In this document: in pieces, positions 27,950-37,737 of the stretch | Position numbering within the stretch: position 1 is the first letter of the stretch | Layout of the letters: the number at the start of each line of letters is the position of its first letter | Source of the DNA: Bdellovibrionota bacterium | GTDB taxonomy: Bacteria; Bdellovibrionota_C; UBA2361; OMII01 | Direction of reading: 5' to 3' | DNA: 64,000 bases | Assembly: GCA_044360195.1 (NCBI GenBank) | Contig: JBIKKT010000015.1 | Location: forward strand, 429 to 64,428 | Notes under the pieces: generated by a model | Database searches by the model: none | The model's input: the letters and a program-made list of their open reading frames with translations, nothing else | Told to the model about the DNA's origin: nothing | Translations under genes and position numbers: made by a program

Positions 27950-30697
27950 ATGTCAGAGAGCGAGTGGCGCACAAGAAAGAGTCGGATTGATACCAAGCTC
28001 AAGGGGATGAAGCCCGCTTGGAAGATCATCCCGTACTCGTCAGATCTCTCCACTGACACCTTGCATCAAGTTGCAGTTGAGGAGTTCCCAACTTCAAATG
28101 GACCTGCTGATTACGCTCTCTTCATCAAGGGTAAACTGCTCGGCATAATCGAGGCGAAGAAGGTTTCCGTCTCTCCAGGTAATGTCCTTGAACAAGCCAA
28201 GCGTTATTCGGAGGGAGTTGCTCAGCCAGTGCCTCACTATGGGAGCGGGGCAAGCTCAACGCAGTTCAGTAAGTACAAGGCTCCTTTTATCTACAGCACT
28301 AACGGGGAGGTCATCTGGTTTGCAGATGTTCGTGATCCGAAGTTTCTCTCTCGTGAGCTATCTCGTTTCCATTCTCCTGATGCTCTCGAAGAGATGTGGA
28401 ATACGAATAGAACGCAGGCAGCACTCGACCTGGTAGGCAACCCAGTCGAGTTTCCAAGATTACGCCCCTACCAGCGTGACGCAATAACAGCCGTCGAGAA
28501 TTCTCTCTCCGGTGGTAGGCGAAATATGTTGGTAGCAATGGCAACAGGAACAGGCAAGACCTTTACCACGGTTTCTCTCTGCTACCGTCTTCTTGCTTCA
28601 AAGTTTGCGAGGCGGATTCTATTTTTGGTAGATCGAAGAGCCCTGGCAGCTCAGAGCTCGCTTGCATTTCATACTTTCGATACGCCTCGGGGGAACAAGT
28701 TTAATCAGGAATATGAGATCTATTCTCAGCGATTTCGGCGTGAGGACTTAGAGGACGAGGAGGACAGCAAGAAAGCGGCTTTTGATCCACAGGTGTTACC
28801 AGAGGATTATTTAACGCAGCCCCAGGCTAAACATACCTTCGTGTATGTATCGACCATCCAACGAATGGCTATAAATCTCTTTGGTCGTGAGGGGGCATTT
28901 TCTCAAGGTGCATCGGATCCAGACTATGAAGATGATGTCGATAAGTTAGACATTCCGATCCATGCATTTGACGTAATCATCGCTGACGAATGTCACCGTG
29001 GCTACACGGCTCAAGAGGAGGGGGTCTGGAGGAAAGTACTCAATCACTTCGATGCGGTGAAGATAGGTCTTACTGCAACACCAGCGAAACATACCCTTTC
29101 ACTATTTGAAGAGGTCGTTTACGAGTACACCACCGAGCAAGCTATCGCCGATGGATACCTTGTCGATTACGAAGCCGTTGCGATCTCTTCGGGAGTGCGG
29201 ATGAACGGTGTCTTCTTAAAAGAGGGCGAGGAGGTCGAGTTTGTTGATACGGGCAAGGGGACAAAGCAGTATCATCTTCTTGAAGATGAGCGTGAGTTTG
29301 ATGCGTCTAAAATTGAACGTGATATCACCGCACCCGATAGCAACGAAAAAATTATCAAGGAAGTTGCCAAATATGCCCACGAGCATAACGAGAAATTTGG
29401 GCGCTTTCCTAAGATTCTAATCTTCGCAGCAAACGATCTTCAACACACATCCCATGCCGATCAGTTAGTTCGTCTGTGCAGAAAGGTCTTTAATCAAGGT
29501 GATGATTTCGTGATGAAGATCACTGGAAACGCTAACGTGGATCGACCTCTCAAGCGCATTCGGGAATTTCGGAATCGACCCAATCCGAAAGTGGTTGTGA
29601 CAGTAGATATGCTCACTACAGGCGTTGATATTCCATCGTTAGAGTTCATTGTCTTCATGAGACCTGTGAAGTCTCGTATTTTATGGGTGCAGATGCTTGG
29701 TCGGGGAACCAGGCTCTGTAAAGACCTGGCACCGTCAAAAACTCACTTTACTATATTCGATTGTTTCGACGGTTCTTTGATTGATTACTTTCGGGATGTC
29801 ACGGACTTCGAGATTCCACGACCAGAGGTACAGAGCGTGGAGACGAAGCAAGTTATTGAGAACATCTACCAGAATGTGGACCGAGAGTATTTTAGCAAGG
29901 TCCTGGTAAAGCGATTGCGCCGCATTGAGCGTGATATGTCAGGCGATGCATATCAGCAGTTCTCAAAGTTCATTCCAAATGGTGATGTCGGGGCGTTTGC
30001 TTCTGAGCTACAGAGGCGCCTAAAGGATGATTTTACTGGAACCATGCGGGTCCTCAGAGACCCAGGCTTTCAAGAGGAACTGACTTCGTACAAACGTGCA
30101 ATAAGAACCTTCATCGTAGCCCCTGGGGTTGAAGACACGGTTACCTCACGCAAACTCTTCAAGGTAGGCGACAAGAGCCTGAAGCCTGAAGACTACCTCG
30201 TCGCATTTAGAAGGTTCGTGGTTGAGACTAAGAACGAGATAGAAGCGTTGCAGATAGTTCTTGAGAGACCAAAGAAGTGGAGCGTGAAGGCACTATCAGA
30301 GTTGCGTGAGAAGCTCACACTTGGTGGCTTTCCTGAGTCCGATCTTCAGAAGGCACATGAAATCGTTAATCACAAGGCTCTCGCCGATATCATTTCAATC
30401 GTGAAGAGGGGCGCTGAAGAAAACCGACCACTCTTAACTGCAGAGGAAAGGGTAAGGTCGGTTATGGCGACTTTGCGTTCTGAGAGTGCTATCTTCAATG
30501 GTAAGTTTACAGATGATCAAAGCAAGTGGCTTCAGTACATTGAAGAGCACCTTGTTAGAAACCTCTCCCTCTCAGAGGATGATTTTAACGAGATCCCCGT
30601 TCTCGCAGACCACGGAGGTCTCCGGAAAGCTCAAAAGGTCTTCGGTGTTCAGCTCTCTTCACTGATTGAAGAGATAAATTTTAAGTTGGCAGCATAG
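27950..30697 (+). CDS. hsdR: Type I restriction enzyme R subunit
   Basis: Nuclease ADY..IIEAKK, Walker A MATGTGKT, DECHRG, GLTATP, MLTTGVD, QMLGRGTR and an EcoEI-R-like C-terminus. Confidence 0.96.
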   Translation: MSESEWRTRKSRIDTKLKGMKPAWKIIPYSSDLSTDTLHQVAVEEFPTSNGPADYALFIKGKLLGIIEAKKVSVSPGNVLEQAKRYSEGVAQPVPHYGSGASSTQFSKYKAPFIYSTNGEVIWFADVRDPKFLSRELSRFHSPDALEEMWNTNRTQAALDLVGNPVEFPRLRPYQRDAITAVENSLSGGRRNMLVAMATGTGKTFTTVSLCYRLLASKFARRILFLVDRRALAAQSSLAFHTFDTPRGNKFNQEYEIYSQRFRREDLEDEEDSKKAAFDPQVLPEDYLTQPQAKHTFVYVSTIQRMAINLFGREGAFSQGASDPDYEDDVDKLDIPIHAFDVIIADECHRGYTAQEEGVWRKVLNHFDAVKIGLTATPAKHTLSLFEEVVYEYTTEQAIADGYLVDYEAVAISSGVRMNGVFLKEGEEVEFVDTGKGTKQYHLLEDEREFDASKIERDITAPDSNEKIIKEVAKYAHEHNEKFGRFPKILIFAANDLQHTSHADQLVRLCRKVFNQGDDFVMKITGNANVDRPLKRIREFRNRPNPKVVVTVDMLTTGVDIPSLEFIVFMRPVKSRILWVQMLGRGTRLCKDLAPSKTHFTIFDCFDGSLIDYFRDVTDFEIPRPEVQSVETKQVIENIYQNVDREYFSKVLVKRLRRIERDMSGDAYQQFSKFIPNGDVGAFASELQRRLKDDFTGTMRVLRDPGFQEELTSYKRAIRTFIVAPGVEDTVTSRKLFKVGDKSLKPEDYLVAFRRFVVETKNEIEALQIVLERPKKWSVKALSELREKLTLGGFPESDLQKAHEIVNHKALADIISIVKRGAEENRPLLTAEERVRSVMATLRSESAIFNGKFTDDQSKWLQYIEEHLVRNLSLSEDDFNEIPVLADHGGLRKAQKVFGVQLSSLIEEINFKLAA

Positions 30698-30712
30698 TGT
30701 CAGGAGTTCTCG

Positions 30713-32161
30713 ATGGCTGATGTAGTAAATAAATTATGGGGCTTTTGTCACACTCTGCGACATGACGGCGTTGATTACGGGGACTATATCGAGCAGCTAA
30801 CGTACCTGCTGTTCCTCAAGATGGCTGAGGAGAAGGGGATTGAGATCCCTTCATACAAGGTTCAGAAGACTGGAGAGACGAGAGTATGCGATTGGAATAG
30901 CCTGAAAGTTCTCTCTGGGACGGATCTTGTTGATCATTATGGAGAAATATTGCGCACACTGCGAGAAGCCAAGGGTCTCTTGGGTGAGATTTTTAGTCAG
31001 GCGATGCCTCGATTCAATAACCCAGTCAATCTAAAGAAGCTCGTCAATCTCATTGATGAGGAAGATTGGGCTGCTATGGATGTGGATGTCAAAGGTGCTG
31101 CCTTTGAGGGGCTGCTTGAGAAAGCTGCAAGTGAGGGGAAGAAGGGAGCAGGGCAATACTTCACTCCAAGGCCTCTCATTCAATCAATCGTTAATGTCTT
31201 AAAGCCAGATCCAACGACATCAAGAGATTTCACCATCTGTGACCCTGCCTGTGGAACTGGCGGTTTCTTGATCTGTGCCTATGAGTGGCTCAACGAGAAA
31301 TTTAAAGGTGCCTTTGATCGTGATGTCACCAAGCGCATTCGCACCAAAACTTACTTTGGGCAGGAGCTTGTAGCACGACCTCGAAGACTTACTCTGATGA
31401 ACCTCTATCTTCATGGTATCGAACCGACGATCTATCTCGGAGATAGCATTTATGAACCCGATAGAGGGGAAAGATACGATCTCATTCTTTCTAACCCTCC
31501 TTTCGGTACCAAGGGAGCTAATCAAGCCCCTGAGCGTCAAGACTTTACGGTTGAGACAAGCAGTAAGCAGCTTAACTTTGTTCAGCATATCATTGCCATC
31601 TTAAAACCTGGTGGTCGTGCTGCAATCGTTCTCCCTGATAACTGTCTCTTTGAAGATAAAGCAGGGGAGGTCTTCAAGATCGTGATGGAAGATTGTGACG
31701 TGCATACGATCCTTCGACTTCCACGAGGAACCTTCACCCCATATTCACAAGGCGTGAAGGCAAATGTGGTCTTTTTACAGAAAGGAAAGAAGACTGAGAA
31801 CGTCTGGATATATGACTGTCGAGCAAATATTCCAGGCATTACCAAGAAGGACAGACCCCTGACGCTTCAGCACTTTGAAGAATTTGAAAAATGCTACGGC
31901 TCTTCACCTGATGGCTCATCAAAGCGTAAAGACCTTGGTGAGGAGGGCAGGTTCAGAAAGTTCACGATAGATCAGATCAAAGAGCGAAATTACAAGCTTG
32001 ATATTACATGGCTTAAAGATGAGTCGCTTGAAGATGATGATGATTTACCACCACCGCAGGACTTGGCGACAGAAGCTATTACTGAGCTTGAGGCAGTGGT
32101 GGATGATCTTAGGGAGATTATTGCTTCTCTTGAGGGGGAAAATGGAGAGGCAAGAGCATGA
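30713..32161 (+). CDS. hsdM: Type I R-M N6-adenine methyltransferase
   Basis: GQYFTPR, DPACGTGG (motif I), NPPFG (motif IV). Confidence 0.97.
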   Translation: MADVVNKLWGFCHTLRHDGVDYGDYIEQLTYLLFLKMAEEKGIEIPSYKVQKTGETRVCDWNSLKVLSGTDLVDHYGEILRTLREAKGLLGEIFSQAMPRFNNPVNLKKLVNLIDEEDWAAMDVDVKGAAFEGLLEKAASEGKKGAGQYFTPRPLIQSIVNVLKPDPTTSRDFTICDPACGTGGFLICAYEWLNEKFKGAFDRDVTKRIRTKTYFGQELVARPRRLTLMNLYLHGIEPTIYLGDSIYEPDRGERYDLILSNPPFGTKGANQAPERQDFTVETSSKQLNFVQHIIAILKPGGRAAIVLPDNCLFEDKAGEVFKIVMEDCDVHTILRLPRGTFTPYSQGVKANVVFLQKGKKTENVWIYDCRANIPGITKKDRPLTLQHFEEFEKCYGSSPDGSSKRKDLGEEGRFRKFTIDQIKERNYKLDITWLKDESLEDDDDLPPPQDLATEAITELEAVVDDLREIIASLEGENGEARA

Positions 32162-33612
32162 CTTTGGTAGTACCCTTTGAGGAAATATTTCAAAGCGAAG
32201 TTGGACTTCTAGCAAAGCACCTATCTTGGCAGAGAGTTGAGTTGGGCTTAGTGGCGACAGTACAAAATGGCTTCGCATTTTCATCGTCAAAGTTCAGCAA
32301 GGACAAGGGGATCCCTTTGATCAGAATAAGGGATCTGCAACGATCAAAGACCGAAACTTTATTTGACGGATCATTTGATGAAGCGTATCTAGTTAATGAC
32401 GGTGATATTCTTGTCGGTATGGATGGCAATTTTACTTGCGTACGCTGGCAGGGGGGACAAGCTCTACTTAATCAGCGGGTTTGTCGAATTTTACCAAGAA
32501 CTGACTTTGTTGATGCTGCGTTTCTACGACTGGCACTACAAGGTTACCTATCTGCAATCCAGAAGGCGACCTCAAGTACAACGGTCGGGCACTTGTCGTC
32601 AAACGATATCAAGCGAATACCATTACCACTACCACCCCTCAATGAACAAAAACGCATAGTCGCAAAGCTTGATAAACTCTTGCCCAAGGTAGAATCATGT
32701 AAGCAGCGACTTGAGAAAATACCGACGATATTGAAACGCTTTCGGCAGTCGGTGCTTGCTGATGCGGTTTCAGGAAAGCTTACCCAATCCCACAGGCACA
32801 ATGTAGGGTACACGGCTTTACCGCCCAGTGGATTTGAGAGGTTTGAGCTTCCCATGCTACCCACGGGATGGTCGTGGGACTTGCTTGAAAATGTTGCCGA
32901 TTCCCAGGGAGGAAATGCTTTCAAAAGTACTCGCTTTATTGATCACGGCAAGAACCAGGTGTTGCGGATTGGGAATGTTAAGAGTGGAGCCGTCGATCTG
33001 GTGACGTCTCCAGTCTTCATTAAAGATGAGGACGCAAACGAGTTTGCTAGATATGAAGTTAGAGAAAACGACCTGCTCATCTCTTTGACTGGCACTAAAT
33101 ACAAGCGAGACTATGGTTTTGTTTGTCGGGTTGGTCACTGTGATAAGCGCCTGTTTCTCAATCAGCGAGTTGGGAGATTGAGGACGAAGGCTTCGGTTTT
33201 GCCAGGCTTCTTGCAAATGTGGCTTAGTTCGGAATGGTATCGAAATATTTTCTTCGATGGAGAAACGGGAAACGTAAATCAGGGTAACGTGGGGATGGAT
33301 GCAATTCGTAAGGCTCCGTGTCCAGTTCCGCCGATTGAAGAGCAAAATCTGATTATACAAATTATCGAGGACTTTCTGGAAAAGGCTAGGCTTGGCGAAA
33401 AGGCTGTGAGTGGGGCGTTTCGAATCCTTGACCGGACGAGTAGTAGCATTCTTAGTAAAGCATTTTCTGGCTTATTGGTTGAGCAAGATGCTTCCGATGA
33501 GCCTGCCTCGGTCTTGCTTGATCGTATAGGATCTAACCTTGGTCTTAATTCAAAAAAGTCGGTTTCTAGAAAGCGTAAGGCTGAAAAAGAGTCGCAATCG
33601 TTGTCGGTGTAG
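32158..33612 (+). CDS. hsdS: Type I R-M specificity subunit
   Basis: Two TRDs with conserved PLPPLNEQKRIV and PVPPIEEQ; C-terminal KAFSG.L...DEPASVLL.RI. Confidence 0.95.
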   Translation: MTLVVPFEEIFQSEVGLLAKHLSWQRVELGLVATVQNGFAFSSSKFSKDKGIPLIRIRDLQRSKTETLFDGSFDEAYLVNDGDILVGMDGNFTCVRWQGGQALLNQRVCRILPRTDFVDAAFLRLALQGYLSAIQKATSSTTVGHLSSNDIKRIPLPLPPLNEQKRIVAKLDKLLPKVESCKQRLEKIPTILKRFRQSVLADAVSGKLTQSHRHNVGYTALPPSGFERFELPMLPTGWSWDLLENVADSQGGNAFKSTRFIDHGKNQVLRIGNVKSGAVDLVTSPVFIKDEDANEFARYEVRENDLLISLTGTKYKRDYGFVCRVGHCDKRLFLNQRVGRLRTKASVLPGFLQMWLSSEWYRNIFFDGETGNVNQGNVGMDAIRKAPCPVPPIEEQNLIIQIIEDFLEKARLGEKAVSGAFRILDRTSSSILSKAFSGLLVEQDASDEPASVLLDRIGSNLGLNSKKSVSRKRKAEKESQSLSV

Positions 33613-33657
33613 GACCATTTGTGGAGTCTGTTGTCTACCGCTCTAACCAGAAATGAC

Positions 33658-34599
33658 ATGAAGATAGATCGAATGGTGGTTGATCGGTTTATCCGCCACT
33701 ATGCAGGCGCCTTCGATCTGCCCTTCGAGTTAAAGCTGGTTCCCGAAGATGATAGCGCCACACCTGCAAACCAGCGGATAGAGGCGATATATGAAGTTGG
33801 CAGGGTCGCCGTTCATGTCGAACACACCTCCTTCGATATGTTTCACTCTGGTGCTTCTCCAAAGCGTGAGCTTGATGAGGGTTTTAAGGAGTTGGAGTCA
33901 GTTCTGGTCCAAGCGGACTTTCCCTGTCATCCAGGTTTGGTAGTGTTTGTGAGTATGAAGGCGGTTGCTAATCGAAAGAAGCTGCAAGGATGCTTTGACG
34001 ACATTATCGGTGGTATTCATTCATTCTTACGACGTGTAGAAGATACCACAGTTAACTGTGAGCCATACAAGGCTACTAGGCTCCGGTGCGGAAGTATCGA
34101 GTTATCGGTTTGTCTAGACCCACTGCTAGAAGGTAAGACTTCTCTTGAGTACGTCGCTTCATCCGAGAATCGGTATAGCTCGTCGGAGCTCATTAAAATG
34201 TATCAGAAAGCCTTTGCTAAAAAGGTTGAAAAGCTGGGGAGGTCGGTTAGCTATCACGGAGGAGGAGGGATTGGGCTTCTCTTGATAGAGAATCATGATG
34301 TGGCAGTGCAGAGTCCGTTTGTCTTTGACCGAATGTTCAACGAGACTCTGAGGGAGTCTAACGATGGTTGCCATGAGGTTTGGCTTTTGAGGTCCGGGCA
34401 CCGCTCGCTACTGTGGCTGAGAGAATACGATCTGATGCATTGCGACGGAAGTCGTGTGGATTTATCGACTGCTCAATATGCGCTCTCTCATCGAGAACAG
34501 CGATGGCGCCTATGGCGGGAGAGTCGTGAAAAGATGTTTAGCTGTGACGTCACTAACAAGATACCTCAAGGGACCCCGAATCGCCTCGAAGTTGACTAA
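33658..34599 (+). CDS. Hypothetical protein, possible PD-(D/E)xK-like nuclease
   Basis: Co-oriented directly after hsdS. PE...IE......VEHTS pattern and a later LLLIE.D motif. ATG 33658 preferred over TTG 33619. Confidence 0.6.
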   Translation: MKIDRMVVDRFIRHYAGAFDLPFELKLVPEDDSATPANQRIEAIYEVGRVAVHVEHTSFDMFHSGASPKRELDEGFKELESVLVQADFPCHPGLVVFVSMKAVANRKKLQGCFDDIIGGIHSFLRRVEDTTVNCEPYKATRLRCGSIELSVCLDPLLEGKTSLEYVASSENRYSSSELIKMYQKAFAKKVEKLGRSVSYHGGGGIGLLLIENHDVAVQSPFVFDRMFNETLRESNDGCHEVWLLRSGHRSLLWLREYDLMHCDGSRVDLSTAQYALSHREQRWRLWRESREKMFSCDVTNKIPQGTPNRLEVD

Positions 34600-34729
34600 G
34601 GGGTTCATGGGTTTGTGCGTTCGCCATGGGGAGTAGTTTAAGAGGAGGCGTGCCTTGAAGTCCACGTCCAAGTGGTGAGGTGTTGTTCGTCCTGGGACTG
34701 GCCGATGAGAGTATGTTCAAAGGTCGTTA

Positions 34730-34937
34730 GTCGATAAGGGGCAATCCGCAAGAGGCGGAGCTGTAGTCGCATCTGCAAAGCGGCTAGCCCCTCAACGACG
34801 TCAATAAGCCTCGACGCCCTCTGCTCTCGCTACGACACGCCATTGCGACGTTCAACCTGCATACCCGGACCAAGGTATGCGGAACTCTATAGAGGCCGTG
34901 GATGGGCCTTGCACCAACGTGCACTAGGATTGCACGT
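34730..34937 (+). other. Cluster of hairpins in the non-coding gap upstream of zorA
   Basis: AGGGGC/GCCCCT enclosing TCCGC/GCGGA; CTGCATACC/GGTATGCGG; palindrome CTCTATAGAG; AGGCC/GGCCT; ACGTGCA/TGCACGT. Confidence 0.5.
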
Positions 34938-35158
34938 GATTTGAATTCCGACCTGATCTTGAGCGACGTTTACAGCTTGCCATGGGGCAGCTGACCTCTA
35001 TAAAGTTGAGTTAACTGGTCGCAATTCCGTGCTTTTGGGGATATTTGTTGACCATGGATATCGGGCTCTCGGCTTATTCAAAGCGGATATTTCTTCATCT
35101 GTAGAGAAAATCCGCATCGTCGTTACCTTGTGAGAGCTGGTTTGAAAGAGGATTGACG

Positions 35159-37084
35159 GTGGATACGACAGGACAGTGCTTGGGTTTTCTGAGCAGAGGT
35201 GAGTTCACGAAGGGCTGTTCCGTGTTGGGAATCGAGGCCCCTCTCTTTTTATGGGTAGGCTGCTTCGTTCTTTTTGTCACTACTTTTATTTTCCTTTTTC
35301 GGCTCTTTTATTTATCCCATCCAATTATAACCACGCTCAAGCGGCTTACGAGAAAGATAGGCGAGATACAGCCAATTAACAGACCTCTAGACGGAGTAGG
35401 GCTAGAGGAACTACGCCTTCTAATGCAGGATGAGAAGCTAGTTGCTGATGCATGGGGGGAATTCGACGAAACACTTCTCGTGCACCGTGATGAGCGCCAG
35501 GAATTTATTTTTAATACGGGCCAAGCGGATGATTACTTCTCAAAGGAAGCACTCCTAGGTGGGCGAATTAATTTGTCGTTTTATGCTGCATATCCGGGAA
35601 TTCTGACAAGTGTTGGATTGCTTCTCACATTCGTTGCCATTTTGTACGGTCTTTCTGGGATTAAGTTAGATGGAGGGGAGGCAGGCAAGATAGTCGGAGT
35701 AGAGACGCTTGTTACTAGTCTGTCGGGCAAGTTCATTTCGTCCATCTGCGCTCTCGGTTTGGCCGTGATCTTCACCTTTGTAGAGAAGAGAAGGGAGAGT
35801 CTCATCTCGGAAAGCGTTCATGGATTTATACGAGCACTTAATCGAAAGTTATCTCGTCGCCCTGCAGAGCATATCCTTCAGCTAATTCAAAGAGACATCA
35901 GTGAGCAATCGATAGCCTTTCGACAGTTTGGAACTGATTTGTCCGGTCATCTGAAAGAGAGTTTTAGTGAGAGCATGGGGCCCCACTTTCAAAAGGTGGC
36001 AGAGGCTGTCGAAGAACTGCGTAGGCAAAAGTCCGAGAGCATCACTGACTCGCTAGCACAAGTGGTGTCTGAGTTTAAGGGTGCTCTAATGGGCTCTACA
36101 AATTCCGAGTTCAAAAGTTTGGAGTCGACTTTAGCGAGAACTGCGGAAACGCTTAATGTAATGAATAGTCAGAGTAAGGCATCTCAGGAAAAGATGTCAG
36201 AGGTGTTGGAAAGTCTTGATGCTGCTATTTCAAAACAATCGTCGACTGGTCAGGAACACTTGGCAAGGCTTGCGACCACTATGGAGATGGTGATTGATAA
36301 ACTTCAAAATGCCGCATCAGAGTCCTCGACAACACTCGGTGCGTCGGTAGCATCGATGATTCAGCAATTAAAAGCTGGCTTCTCAGAGCAAAGTGCCGAA
36401 ATGGCAAGACGAAATGATGAGTTGGCATCTTTAATGCGGGTCATGATAGAGCAGTTTCAGTCAAGTCTTAACCAATCGTCTTCATCTGTATCATCTACGG
36501 CTCAGACGCTCATGGAAAAGAGTTCTGAATTTACTACTAAGGCTACTGATCAGATTATTTCGGTGCTTGAGCAACAAACGCTAAATGCGCAGGCGATAGC
36601 AGATGCGAGAGTTAGCCTGAATGATGCGTTGAATATTTTTAGGGAGGCCATAAGTGAGGGCGCTGCCACGCTAGATGGCATGGGCTCAGCGTCTTCTTCA
36701 GTGAAGGACGGTATGTCGATTCTGAACAATGCATTGAAGAGCCTTGAGGGAACTCAAGACAAGGCGACTGATTTGGTGTCTCTTGTGGATAAGAATGCCA
36801 ACAATCTCAGAAGCGTCATTGATAGTCAGGCGGAGATCGTCACCAAATACGAAAGTGTTGTTCGAGAATTGGATCGCAGCTTGAGTTCTGTTTTGATGCA
36901 GGTTACGTCGAGCATAGAAAACTACTCTTCGAAGGTTAAGAGTAGCCTTCAGGATACATTGAGCCAATTCGACGAACATCTAACCAACGCCACTTCTAAG
37001 CTGGGGGGAACAGTTCAGGACCTTAGTGAGAGTCTAGAGGATTTGGTTGATCTGGCTTCTCGCTCTAAAGGGGCGTCAACATGA
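35159..37084 (+). CDS. zorA: Zorya protein ZorA (MotA-like TM domain plus long helical tail)
   Basis: Three TM segments (YPGILTSVGLLLTF..IL.GL, LSGKFISSI.ALG.A..F) followed by ~420 aa of heptad-rich helical tail. GTG start after GAGG. Confidence 0.92.
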   Translation: MDTTGQCLGFLSRGEFTKGCSVLGIEAPLFLWVGCFVLFVTTFIFLFRLFYLSHPIITTLKRLTRKIGEIQPINRPLDGVGLEELRLLMQDEKLVADAWGEFDETLLVHRDERQEFIFNTGQADDYFSKEALLGGRINLSFYAAYPGILTSVGLLLTFVAILYGLSGIKLDGGEAGKIVGVETLVTSLSGKFISSICALGLAVIFTFVEKRRESLISESVHGFIRALNRKLSRRPAEHILQLIQRDISEQSIAFRQFGTDLSGHLKESFSESMGPHFQKVAEAVEELRRQKSESITDSLAQVVSEFKGALMGSTNSEFKSLESTLARTAETLNVMNSQSKASQEKMSEVLESLDAAISKQSSTGQEHLARLATTMEMVIDKLQNAASESSTTLGASVASMIQQLKAGFSEQSAEMARRNDELASLMRVMIEQFQSSLNQSSSSVSSTAQTLMEKSSEFTTKATDQIISVLEQQTLNAQAIADARVSLNDALNIFREAISEGAATLDGMGSASSSVKDGMSILNNALKSLEGTQDKATDLVSLVDKNANNLRSVIDSQAEIVTKYESVVRELDRSLSSVLMQVTSSIENYSSKVKSSLQDTLSQFDEHLTNATSKLGGTVQDLSESLEDLVDLASRSKGAST

Positions 37085-37737
37085 GTGATGTTCACTCGTC
37101 ACTCAACAGCTCGTTGACGGATATGATGACCTCCTTGATGGTCATATTCGTTCTGCTTTTGGTGCACTATCTCGGAAGTAAGCAGGATGAGGTGAAGGCG
37201 GCGCAAAGCAAGACCGAGCTTATGAAGGAGCAGCTGGTTGAAAATTTTAAAGCAGCTCACATCGAGGGCATCGATTTCAAAAACGAAGGCAAATACACTC
37301 TCATCGTCATAGTGCCGGAGGACAAACTACAATTTGAGGTTGGTAATAACCAATTGAACTCAAGTGCAAATGACTTCCTGCAAAAATTTATCCCGGCTTT
37401 GCTCGATGCTTACATGGTATTCAAAGATGATGTCAGTTTTGTGAATGTTGAAGGGCACTCGGATCCAAAGCTCAAGAGGGATGCTACCAACGAGTACTAC
37501 AATTGGGATCTAAGCCAAGAGCGAGCCAGTGCCGTAATGAAATTTATTTTCAATCTTCACAAAGGCTCAGAGGCGACAGAGCTATTCAAAAAGAAATCAC
37601 TTTTTGGGGGGCGAGGTCCTATAGAATGCGAACACAGTGCCGAATCAGAGGAGTCAGTACGGAAAAGATGTCGTACGGTGAAATTTAAGATACGAATGAA
37701 ATCGAGCGAGGAAGCTCAAGCGGATAAGGATCGTTGA
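37081..37737 (+). CDS. zorB: Zorya protein ZorB (MotB/OmpA-like)
   Basis: TM helix with conserved Asp (SLTDMMTSLMVIFVLL) and OmpA-like domain (VEGHSD, NWDLSQERA.AV). Confidence 0.93.
   Translation: MSDVHSSLNSSLTDMMTSLMVIFVLLLVHYLGSKQDEVKAAQSKTELMKEQLVENFKAAHIEGIDFKNEGKYTLIVIVPEDKLQFEVGNNQLNSSANDFLQKFIPALLDAYMVFKDDVSFVNVEGHSDPKLKRDATNEYYNWDLSQERASAVMKFIFNLHKGSEATELFKKKSLFGGRGPIECEHSAESEESVRKRCRTVKFKIRMKSSEEAQADKDR

Noticed and set aside
34600-35150. Retron msr-msd
   Set aside because: No reverse transcriptase anywhere in the window.
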